NCBI GenBank assembly: GCA_016208765.1
Contig: JACQXK010000009.1
Location: forward strand, 118,255 to 182,254
Length of the DNA: 64,000 nt
Reading direction: 5' to 3'
From: Candidatus Omnitrophota bacterium
GTDB lineage: Bacteria; Omnitrophota; Gorgyraeia; Gygaellales; Profunditerraquicolaceae
The notes beneath the pieces are model-generated. The model ran no database searches, was not told the origin of the DNA, and was given only the letters and a program-made list of their open reading frames with translations. Position numbers and translations under genes: made by a program. Of this stretch, positions 29,676-37,705 are shown in pieces (the first letter of the stretch is position 1; the number at the start of each line of letters is the position of its first letter).

Positions 29676-29963
29676 ACAAAACAAAAAACAAATCGAAAGG
29701 AGGTGAATACTATGATTGAAGTAGCCAGAGTTTATAAAGTCGAAAAAGACGAGAGCTCCCTGAAGGCCTTTGTTGACATTAAAGTCGCTGACGCGGTTTT
29801 AATCAAAGGTATCAGGGTTATGGCTAAAAAAGACGGCGGGCTGTTCGCAGCTATGCCATCCCATTTAGCTGGCGACGGTAAGTATTACGATACCGTTCAA
29901 TTCTTAACGCCTGAGGCAAAAACCGAATTGCAAGAAGTGGTTCTTGCAGCCTACGAGGCTTAA
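29661..29963 (+). CDS. spoVG: SpoVG-family nucleic-acid-binding protein
   Basis: IKGIRVMAKKDGGLFAAMPSHLAGDGKYYDTVQFLTPEAKTELQEVVLAAY parallels B. subtilis SpoVG ([47 protein letters not shown]). An internal Met at 29712 with an AGGAGG RBS is the probable true start. Confidence 0.65.
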   Translation: MSQVKTKQKTNRKEVNTMIEVARVYKVEKDESSLKAFVDIKVADAVLIKGIRVMAKKDGGLFAAMPSHLAGDGKYYDTVQFLTPEAKTELQEVVLAAYEA

Positions 29964-30021
29964 AGAATTTAAAAACTTTAAAAGCTGTCCTATCGGCTAT
30001 ACGGGGGAAAGGAAAGATAAA

Positions 30022-30255
30022 ATGAACTTAAACGAACTAGAGAACGAAAAGACAAAAATTAAGCTTGCAGGGGAAGAGGTAGAGGTTAAAACTTCTGATT
30101 CCGTAAAGGATACCTTAACAAGGCTCCTTAAGGAAAAAGGCATTGATTCTTTTACCATTTTGGTTGACGGAGAAGAAGTTACCTCTACCGATGACTTGCC
30201 GGCTACTTTTGACGGTCATGATATCGAAGTTGAAAGATACGTCAAGGCAGGTTAA
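30022..30255 (+). CDS. Small beta-grasp ubiquitin-like protein (Ubl) with C-terminal Gly
   Basis: 77 aa. Alternating hydrophobic pattern of a beta-grasp fold (KIKLAGEEVEVK ... FTILVDGEEV). Ends ...VERYVKAG. First gene of an E2/E1/JAB cassette. Confidence 0.5.
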   Translation: MNLNELENEKTKIKLAGEEVEVKTSDSVKDTLTRLLKEKGIDSFTILVDGEEVTSTDDLPATFDGHDIEVERYVKAG

Positions 30256-30325
30256 ATAAAAAAGCCAAAGGAGAGGGAGAGATTCTTTTCTCCCTCTCCT
30301 AAAGTTTAATAAGGAGCTTGAGAAG

Positions 30326-30913
30326 ATGATAGATACGGAATTAATCACAAAAGCAAAGAAAAAATCAACATTAATTGAAAAGATTGACGCCTCTTGGCGG
30401 GAGTTTACGGAAAGCTTAAAAGAAGGTATCTTTACGGTTCCTTTTACCGGAGGTTACAGATGCGTAATCAAGGAAGATGATATGCTTATTGAGGGCTATT
30501 CTGGTCTATTGCTCATAGATAAGGTCTACTATAGCCATAAGACCTATTCTTTAAAGATACCTGTCAAATATTACCCTTTTAAAATTTACGGCATCTATGA
30601 CCAAGGTGGCTGCTTTATTGCGTTTGTTTCAGAGCCGGAGATAGGCTTCCACTATTTGGGTATGAGCGATAAGGGGCATACCATCTGCACCGGAGAGATT
30701 CAATACCTTAACCCTGAATCTTTAGGCTTGCTCAAAGAAGCCTGCTTAAAGATAGCCAAGTCATTCAGGGTAATCAACCTTGAATCCTTAGGAACCGTAA
30801 TCTTACCCGAGAGATTCTCAAATTTAAAGAACATCCTGTCAAATAAAGATAAAGATGTATCATGCAAATTTTCGGAATTGGATAAGCAAGGTCTGATTGA
30901 GCGGATCATTTGA
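30326..30913 (+). CDS. E2-like (UBC-fold) conjugating enzyme candidate
   Basis: 195 aa; HYLGMSDKGHTICTGEI resembles the UBC HPN...Cys catalytic segment. Sits between the Ubl and the E1. Confidence 0.4.
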   Translation: MIDTELITKAKKKSTLIEKIDASWREFTESLKEGIFTVPFTGGYRCVIKEDDMLIEGYSGLLLIDKVYYSHKTYSLKIPVKYYPFKIYGIYDQGGCFIAFVSEPEIGFHYLGMSDKGHTICTGEIQYLNPESLGLLKEACLKIAKSFRVINLESLGTVILPERFSNLKNILSNKDKDVSCKFSELDKQGLIERII

Positions 30914-31854
30914 AGGAGGATAAAACTATGCCACAAGAAGCTATTTATGAACGACAGAGATTAATAGAAGGTCTAGAAATACCCGAAGTCGCCTCGGTAG
31001 TAGGCTGTGGCGGAACGGGTTTCTGGACTGCTCTTCTTCTTTCCATGTCAGGAATTAAAGAATTGATCTTGGTTGATACCGATATAGTTGAGGTATCCAA
31101 TCTGAACAGGCTGCTTTTACAGGAAAGCTCTGTAGGAAAGAAGAAAGCAGAAGCCCTAAAAGAACTCATATCCGGCATAAGAAAAGAAATAAGGATTGAG
31201 ATTCAGGATATGCGTATCGAAAAGCCCATAGACTGCCAGATATTACGTGGAGATATATTTTGCTGCACGGACAACTTAAAAAGCCAGCAGATTATCTGCG
31301 CTTTCTGCAAAAAGAACGAACTTGCCTACCAAAGAATTGGCTATGACGGCACAATCCTGAATGTTTCAAAGACCTTCCCGCTTTCCTTAAAAGATACAGA
31401 TGAGGATCGGGGCTATACAATTACTCCTTCCTGGGTGATTCCTGCGGTATTTGCCGCGGCAGCCGGAGTTTCATCACGCACTTACAAGGAACTTTGCCTT
31501 ATGGATGATATCGGGAAGGTTCATATACAGCATTCTTCTCATATCTGTCGCAAAATTTTAGACGATGCGAGAATCGAAGGCGAGGATAACATTATTGATA
31601 ACATCGAAGACCATATACCTGATAACTACGGTTACTGTGATGATTGCTCAAGGATTGACCCTGACGGCTCTGATTACGGATACTGTCCTGACTGTGAAGA
31701 ACATTACAGCGATGACGATATAGAGGACATAAAAGAAAAAGCAAAGAATGAGGAGTACGACCGGATAATCGGGGAGATTGAGGCAGGAGAGATTACTGAC
31801 CCAAAGTTATTAGAAGCCATTAGAAAATGGGCAAAAGCAAAAGGAGGAAAATAG
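30910..31854 (+). CDS. E1-like activating enzyme (ThiF/MoeB/UBA superfamily)
   Basis: Rossmann motif VVGCGGTGFWTALLLSMSGIKELILVDTDIVEVSNLNRLLL (GxGxxG ... D.D.V..SNLNRQ). Acidic Cys-rich C-terminal tail (CDDC...CPDC). Confidence 0.75.
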   Translation: MKEDKTMPQEAIYERQRLIEGLEIPEVASVVGCGGTGFWTALLLSMSGIKELILVDTDIVEVSNLNRLLLQESSVGKKKAEALKELISGIRKEIRIEIQDMRIEKPIDCQILRGDIFCCTDNLKSQQIICAFCKKNELAYQRIGYDGTILNVSKTFPLSLKDTDEDRGYTITPSWVIPAVFAAAAGVSSRTYKELCLMDDIGKVHIQHSSHICRKILDDARIEGEDNIIDNIEDHIPDNYGYCDDCSRIDPDGSDYGYCPDCEEHYSDDDIEDIKEKAKNEEYDRIIGEIEAGEITDPKLLEAIRKWAKAKGGK

Positions 31855-31855
31855 A

Positions 31856-32668
31856 ATGTTTACGTTAGAAGATACTAAAACCAAAAAAAGCAATATTTTA
31901 GATGTAAGGATAAAAAATTACGGGGAATGTGGTTTTTGTACTGACCATGACCACAAAGAAACTCTAAAGATACCTTGGAATATCTGGAGTCAGTGGCAGT
32001 ATATCAGTCAGCGCATACAGGATAAGGAATGGGGCGCTATATTTTGGGTTAAGGATAATACCATAACGAGCTTTAAAATCCCAAAGCAGGAGGTAGGCTC
32101 AGTAGACTGTGAATTCAAGGAAGAATTAGGGGGTGATGGCATAATCCATTCGCACCACGATATGGGAGCGTTTCATTCATCGCAGGACGATGCCCACGCG
32201 CGCAATCTCTACACTTACAGCATAGTTATAGCTAATTCCAAGGGAAGTATTGCTACAAAAAGAGTAAAGCTACCCTGTAACGGCTTTGGCTACGTCAAAA
32301 TAAGCTTAAAACTGGTTGAATTACCTGAGATAGATCTTTCAAAGATAAGCGAAAGAACAAGGGAGTTAATTCCAGAGGCGACCTCAGAATTTGAAGAAAG
32401 CGAGCATCCTTGCGACAGTTGTCAAACCGGCGACTGCGAGAACTGCGAACACTTAGGTATGCCTTATCTAGCTTGCCAGACCTGTGATACCTTTAAATGC
32501 AAATCGTGCAAGACAACCGCCGGTCTGGACATCCGGGGTGTGCTTCCTTTTTGCGAGCTCTGTAATGGCTCTGATATTTGTGCTTCCTGCGAAAGAATCG
32601 CAAAATACCTTAAAAATTACCCAGAAGAGCGAGGTCATTTACAAACTCCAGTTGAGAGCCAGGCGTAG
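31856..32668 (+). CDS. JAB/MPN (JAMM) metallopeptidase with C-terminal Cys-rich zinc-ribbon region
   Basis: Exact JAMM motif H-S-H-x7-S-x2-D in IIHSHHDMGAFHSSQDD plus upstream Glu. C-terminus has ~16 Cys in CxxC pairs. Confidence 0.7.
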   Translation: MFTLEDTKTKKSNILDVRIKNYGECGFCTDHDHKETLKIPWNIWSQWQYISQRIQDKEWGAIFWVKDNTITSFKIPKQEVGSVDCEFKEELGGDGIIHSHHDMGAFHSSQDDAHARNLYTYSIVIANSKGSIATKRVKLPCNGFGYVKISLKLVELPEIDLSKISERTRELIPEATSEFEESEHPCDSCQTGDCENCEHLGMPYLACQTCDTFKCKSCKTTAGLDIRGVLPFCELCNGSDICASCERIAKYLKNYPEERGHLQTPVESQA

Positions 32669-32686
32669 AGGTTTATAAATACGCTC

Positions 32687-32828
32687 GCCCCGCCCTGCCT
32701 TAGGGGTTTTTGGGTTAGGGGGTTTTGGGTGGTTTTGATTGGAACGAGCGTGCGGTAGCCTTCGAGAGGGTTGTTGACGAAACCACCCGAAGGCATACCG
32801 CCCGCAAATAACTTTAAGTGCTTGGGGG
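32687..32828. repeat. Right copy of 142-bp inverted repeat (IR-R)
   Basis: Reverse complement of 5879-6020, 141/142 identical. Begins 19 bp after the JAB gene stop. Confidence 0.9.
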
Positions 32829-32873
32829 TAAAGAAATAAGTTTTAAAAAATTAATTAAAAGGGAGAGAAAAAT

Positions 32874-33074
32874 ATGAAAGTTGATAATTGGGTTGACGAA
32901 TTACGAAATCAGTTAAGAAGCTTCGACGCGGAAACCTTAGACAGCGAAATGAAAATGGCTGATATAACGCTGGGCTATGTTGATACGCAAGGCCTAATTC
33001 ATTACCACAAAATTGAATACAGGGCAAAAGGATTTGAGAAGAAGCCGGTCCTAAACCAGCCCTTACAGAGCTAA
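32874..33074 (+). CDS. Hypothetical small protein (66 aa)
   Basis: ORF with GGGAGAG RBS; no motif recognised. Confidence 0.2.
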   Translation: MKVDNWVDELRNQLRSFDAETLDSEMKMADITLGYVDTQGLIHYHKIEYRAKGFEKKPVLNQPLQS

Positions 33075-33189
33075 AATTTACGCATTAAAATTCAGGCAGT
33101 GGATGGCCAAAATATTCGGCCTTTCCATAGCTACGCGCTTTTCTCTTCATCCTCAAATTTTCTTTTCTGTTTTTCCTTGCCGTCACGTA

Positions 33190-33512
33190 ATCCTCTTTCT
33201 TTTTCTCGCCTTAAAAATAGCCCAAGATTGACTTTTGTGCAAGAAAATCCTTTGGAAAAATTCACCTCTACCTTGTCTTTGCGGTTTGCCTCAAAGGACA
33301 AGGTATCAAGGATATCCTGCCCCTTCGGGGAGTCTCAATTTTTCCAAAGGACTCCAGGAAACTCGCTCACTTGGGCGTTCGCTTCCTTTCGGGCGTATCT
33401 GTTTTCTTGACAAAAGACGTGATTTTTGTGGGTTACCTCAAAAATCACTTCAAATCATTGGGCTTATATTTTCGGCATCAAAAGAAAGGAGGCTTACATG
33501 AGCCAAGTAAAA
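33190..33512 (+). promoter_or_regulatory. Copy 2 of the duplicated leader/promoter module
   Basis: Direct repeat of 29341-29675, including the GGGGAGTCTCAATTTTTCCAAAGGACTCC hairpin and the RBS+ATG+MSQVK start. Confidence 0.6.
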
Positions 33513-33791
33513 AAAGAAATATTAAAGAAAAACGAAAAATTTGAGGATGGGATGCTGCGCACGGATGCCTGCATGGAAAGGCATCTGGGCAGCCGTAATT
33601 CTCAATACAGGACCTATTCAGAGGATCTGTCGCAGAATTCCTTCGGTTTTTCCGCTGTCTGGGAAGAAAGACATCTTATGAAAGACGTCTACAATCTCAT
33701 CAACAAGGGCTTTAAGCCAAACGGTTCTGAAACTCTGGAAACCTTTGTTGAGAAACATCGGGATTTGCTTGATGAAGAAGGTGATTTCTAA
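33498..33791 (+). CDS. Hypothetical protein (97 aa) driven by leader copy 2
   Basis: Starts with the same MSQVK codons as the spoVG-region ORF and then diverges. No recognisable domain. Confidence 0.3.
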   Translation: MSQVKKEILKKNEKFEDGMLRTDACMERHLGSRNSQYRTYSEDLSQNSFGFSAVWEERHLMKDVYNLINKGFKPNGSETLETFVEKHRDLLDEEGDF

Positions 33792-34006
33792 TGCAGGAGT
33801 TTAAGAAGGTTACAACTAATGAAGTAACTGAAAAATTAACCATGGGCCAGATTGAGAAAGTCTGGCAGCGGGTTGATGCAAGAAAAGAGCAGGATTCAAA
33901 TCAGCTTAGCCTGCAGGTTTTTTGGTTTGCAGGGGTAGAGGTTTGGGTAATAGATGAAGGTGGTATTACTACAATGATGTTTCCTAACGAAAATAAGGAG
34001 GAATGA
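33791..34006 (+). CDS. Hypothetical small protein (71 aa)
   Basis: Overlapping stop/start (TAATG) with the upstream ORF. No motif recognised. Confidence 0.25.
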   Translation: MQEFKKVTTNEVTEKLTMGQIEKVWQRVDARKEQDSNQLSLQVFWFAGVEVWVIDEGGITTMMFPNENKEE

Positions 34007-34336
34007 AAATGTGGATACAAAAAGACAACTTAAAAAAAGAAATAACCTGGGAGCGAATTTTGGATTGGGTAGTAATTGACGGAGTCTTGTGGGTGGAAAT
34101 TCAAGAAAAGGAGGTGAAAGACGTATGTATAGTCCAGTGTTAAGCGAAACAATGGTTAAGACGCTGTATAGGCTGAAATACAGCCAGGATAAGCCGATGA
34201 CTGTGGTGGTTGAGAAGTTGCTTCTGCGCTCGATAGCATCTATAGACAAAGGGCCGGTGTGTGAGAAATGCATCAGTGAAAACAATAATGATTGCAGGAA
34301 TTGTTACCTATCCTGTATTACAAAGGAGGTTTCAAA

Positions 34337-34677
34337 TGTTAACAGAAAATGAATTAAGGCAATTTAGCGGAACAGAGCATTGGTATAAACATTTAAGCGG
34401 GTATCTTTACACTGATGGCATTCAATATGTCGCGCAAGAAGGTGGTGCATTTTGGCTAATTGATAAAGTATTGTTTATGACCAGAGCGAAAAATAATTTA
34501 CAGGAATTTGGCGTTTGGAAGCTTAAGGTTAATGAAGATAGATCGGCAACACTAGTGTGCGAAGACGGTAATTACCATGAGCTCTATCGAGAGAAGATTG
34601 AGTGGACAGATTTTCCGCTGAAAAGAATTGAATTATGGTTTGAAAATGGCGTTTTAATACTGCCAAGCGAACATTAA
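34337..34677 (+). CDS. Hypothetical protein (113 aa from the internal Met at 34337)
   Basis: AAAGGAGG RBS before the ATG at 34337. The longer track ORF begins at 34261. No motif recognised. Confidence 0.3.
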
Positions 34678-34874
34678 AGAAAAAGACTGAAAAATATGTA
34701 ATTAAGCGGACTACGAAGATTGCTACTAATCCGACAGAAAAATATTCTTAGAGGTATTAGGTTGTAGTTTTAATAGTTTTATTGTAGAGGAATTGTTTGA
34801 CGAATAAGAAATTAGGTTTATAATTAGATTTAGACTGTTATAATATGTTACAAAAGGTGTAAACCTATAAAAGA

Positions 34875-35066
34875 ATGAAAGAATCTATTGAAGTATATAC
34901 AGTTGAAGAGCTTGCAAAGGCCTTAAAACTGCATCCTTATACTATCAGACGTTTATGCCGGGAAAACAAGATCCCGGCTTTTAAATTTAGCGGCCAGTGG
35001 CGGTTTAACAAAGACTCAATAGCTAAATGGGCAAAGGAAAGAGAGAAATTATATTATAAGAAATAA
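34875..35066 (+). CDS. Excisionase / MerR-like HTH_17 DNA-binding protein (Xis-like)
   Basis: 63 aa, YTVEELAKALKLHPYTIRRLCRENKIPAFKFSGQWRF (helix-turn-helix of the excisionase/HTH_17 type). Preceded by TTGACG...TATAAT promoter-like elements at about 34797-34830. Confidence 0.5.
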   Translation: MKESIEVYTVEELAKALKLHPYTIRRLCRENKIPAFKFSGQWRFNKDSIAKWAKEREKLYYKK

Positions 35067-35081
35067 GACAGCTTAGAAAAT

Positions 35082-36323
35082 ATGCTCAACAAAAGAATTG
35101 TTATTACTGGAATAGGCGTAATTTCTCCGATAGGTATTGGTAAGGACAAATACTGGCAAAGCCTTTTTGAGGGAAAGTCAGGAATAAAACCAATTACGCT
35201 TTTTGATGTTTCAGGGCTTAAGGTTAGAACCGGCGGAGAGATTAGTAATTTTAATCCTAAAGAGATTTTAGGTGATAGCAATCTGCGTACTTTAGATAGG
35301 GCTACTTTACTGCTTGCCTCAAGCACTAAATTAGCCATCGATGACGCAAAACTGGAAATTAATAAAGAGAACAACCGGCAAATAGGAGTATCTGTTGGTA
35401 CCACCTTCGGTAGCTTAAATAGTATCTCCGAGTTTGATAAGGCTTCAGTTACTGACGGTCCGCGTTATGTCAACCCTTCGGTTTTTCCCAACACTGTATT
35501 TAACTCTCCGGCAAGCCAGCTCTCCATTCGATTTCATATCAAAGGATTCAATACTACTATTTCATCTGGTATGTGCGCTGGGCTTGATGCCATAGACTAT
35601 GCAAGAGATTTTTTATATCGCGGCAGAGCCAAAACCATTATTTGTGGTGCAGTTGAAGAATTTTGCATTCAAACATTCCTCGGTTTCTATAAATTAAACT
35701 ATCTTGCCGGACTAAAAAATAACTCTGAGCCAGTATCTTGCCCTTTTGATAAGCGCAGAAATGGTATTGTTTTCTCAGAGGGTGCTACAACCCTGATGTT
35801 GGAAAGCTTGGACGATGCTTCATTCCGTAAAACTAAGATTTACACGGAAATCCTCGGTATTGGATCTTATTTTGATCCCTACCGTCTGACTAAATATAAC
35901 CCTGAAGGTAAAGGAATGAAGCAGGCAATGCACTTAGCACTTAAGGATGCGGGCCTTAGTCCGCAGGATATTGGTTGTGTTTTTGCTAATGCTAATTCTA
36001 CACAAGACGCAGATAAATTTGAAACTCAAGCCGTAAAAGATGTTTTTGGTTCTTATGCTGATAAAATACCTATTGTTGCTGTTAAGTCTATGCTTGGCGA
36101 GACATTCAGTACGGGCGGAGGCCTTGCAGTCATAGCCGCCATAGGCGGTATAAATAATGGCTTTATCCCCCCAACTATTAATTATAAAAAGAAAGATTTG
36201 GGATTAGATTTGGATTATGTTCCAAATAAGGCGCGGAAATTTAATATAAATACGGCTATGGTAAATACCTTTGGTCAGAATGGCTGGAATAAAAGTTTAA
36301 TTATCGGCAGACGCAAAAAATAA
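35082..36323 (+). CDS. Beta-ketoacyl-ACP synthase-like protein lacking the His-His dyad (CLF-like partner subunit)
   Basis: KAS fold with Cys in TISSGMCAGLDAIDYA. Positions of the two catalytic His read ANANST and GETFSTGG instead of HGTGT / GHxxGAAG. Confidence 0.65.
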   Translation: MLNKRIVITGIGVISPIGIGKDKYWQSLFEGKSGIKPITLFDVSGLKVRTGGEISNFNPKEILGDSNLRTLDRATLLLASSTKLAIDDAKLEINKENNRQIGVSVGTTFGSLNSISEFDKASVTDGPRYVNPSVFPNTVFNSPASQLSIRFHIKGFNTTISSGMCAGLDAIDYARDFLYRGRAKTIICGAVEEFCIQTFLGFYKLNYLAGLKNNSEPVSCPFDKRRNGIVFSEGATTLMLESLDDASFRKTKIYTEILGIGSYFDPYRLTKYNPEGKGMKQAMHLALKDAGLSPQDIGCVFANANSTQDADKFETQAVKDVFGSYADKIPIVAVKSMLGETFSTGGGLAVIAAIGGINNGFIPPTINYKKKDLGLDLDYVPNKARKFNINTAMVNTFGQNGWNKSLIIGRRKK

Positions 36324-36328
36324 AGAAT

Positions 36329-37435
36329 ATGATCAACTTTGCTTTTTTAGGCCACTATATGAGCGCGGACAATCTTGAGGATATTTACAGATTTTATCCT
36401 TTTTTGCGCAGTTTTAACTGGTTTTTGAAGAGACAACCTAGGATTTTTAGAGAAAATATTATTAAATATCTTCCGCCCCATAAATTCATGGATATAAGAA
36501 ATGTTGTTTCAAAAACAGGCTTGAAAATAGACGGTATTGCTGTAATGTGTCCTTATGTGCCAAAGCAGATGGTAACATTAGGAGAAAAAGTTGTTTTAAA
36601 AAAAATAATCTCTTCGGTAAGACTGGCAAAGAAATTGGGTGCTGGCATTGTCGGCTTAGGCGGTTTTACTTCTATTGTAGGCAACGAAGGCGAAATAGTG
36701 GCAAAAGAAGTGGATGTTGCAGTTACATCCGGAAATACTTATACCGCAGCTTTAGCTTTACAGGGTATTGAAAAAGCCGCGCAGATTTTGGAGAGGCCTT
36801 TAGAGAGTTCTGTTGTGGCAGTAATTGGAGCTACCGGTGATATCGGCGGTATTTGTGCGAAAATTCTCTCTAGAAAAGCCAAAACGCTTATTCTTTGTGC
36901 AAGAAAAATAGAAGAAGCCGTTGATTTTATTTCAGTCTTGAAGAAATCCTCTAGGACAAATATCATAATTGAAAAATATGCCGATAAGGTAGCATCTCAA
37001 GCCGATTTTATTATTAGCGCCACCAGTGCCGCGACTACCATTATTTCGCCGCAGAACCTAAGGCCGGGCGCAGTAGTTTGTGATGTATCTTTACCTCCAG
37101 ATATTGCTAAAGAAGTGATTAAGATGCGCAATGACGTATTTGTTTTTGACGGTGGTAAGGCTAGTTTTTTAAATTCCGGTTTAATCGAAAGTAATAAATG
37201 GAAAGGCATATTTCCGAATGGTATAATTTATGGATGTCTGGCTGAAACAATGATTTTGGCTTTAGAACAGAAATTTGTAAATTTTTCTATAGGTAGGGGC
37301 AATATCACTGAGGATAAGATTAAATTTATCTCTGAGTTAGCCGAAAGGCACGGTTTTTCTTTGGCGCCATTCCATTGCGGGAGATATATTTATACACAGG
37401 AAGACATTCAAAGAATTAAAAATCTAATTTCTTAA
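36329..37435 (+). CDS. Long-chain acyl-[ACP] reductase (Aar) family protein
   Basis: GLGGFTSIVGNEGEIVAKEVDVAVTSGNTYTAALALQGIEKAA ... VAVIGATGDIGGICAKIL ... LILCARK and C-terminal GRGNITEDKIKFISELAERHGF parallel cyanobacterial Aar (ALGGFTSII...TTGNTHTAYVICRQVEAAA...VAVVGATGDIGSAVCRWL...LILTARN...GRNQITIEKMEAIGEASVRHGF). Confidence 0.6.
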   Translation: MINFAFLGHYMSADNLEDIYRFYPFLRSFNWFLKRQPRIFRENIIKYLPPHKFMDIRNVVSKTGLKIDGIAVMCPYVPKQMVTLGEKVVLKKIISSVRLAKKLGAGIVGLGGFTSIVGNEGEIVAKEVDVAVTSGNTYTAALALQGIEKAAQILERPLESSVVAVIGATGDIGGICAKILSRKAKTLILCARKIEEAVDFISVLKKSSRTNIIIEKYADKVASQADFIISATSAATTIISPQNLRPGAVVCDVSLPPDIAKEVIKMRNDVFVFDGGKASFLNSGLIESNKWKGIFPNGIIYGCLAETMILALEQKFVNFSIGRGNITEDKIKFISELAERHGFSLAPFHCGRYIYTQEDIQRIKNLIS

Positions 37436-37450
37436 AAGGAGGCAATTACT

Positions 37451-37705
37451 ATGGCAGACACGGGAGGTATTAATATTAAACAGGAAATTCAGACAATATT
37501 GTCAAAGATTCTCAACCGTCCGTCGGAAGAAATTACCGATGATGCAAGGTTTGTAGAGGATTTGGGGATGGATTCCATTATGTCTATCGAAATCCTTGCT
37601 TCTATTGAAAAGAAATTTAAGATTACAATTCCCGATGAAGAAATAAAGAAGGTGGCTTCCTTAAGACAAGCAATTGAGCTAGCAGAAAAATACATCAGAA
37701 AATAA
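37451..37705 (+). CDS. Acyl carrier protein
   Basis: 84 aa; phosphopantetheine-attachment motif DLGMDSIMSIEIL. Confidence 0.75.
   Translation: MADTGGINIKQEIQTILSKILNRPSEEITDDARFVEDLGMDSIMSIEILASIEKKFKITIPDEEIKKVASLRQAIELAEKYIRK

Noticed and set aside
36547-36966. Small ORFs overlapping the Aar-like gene in other frames
   Set aside because: Arg/Cys-rich low-complexity translations inside a well-supported coding region.
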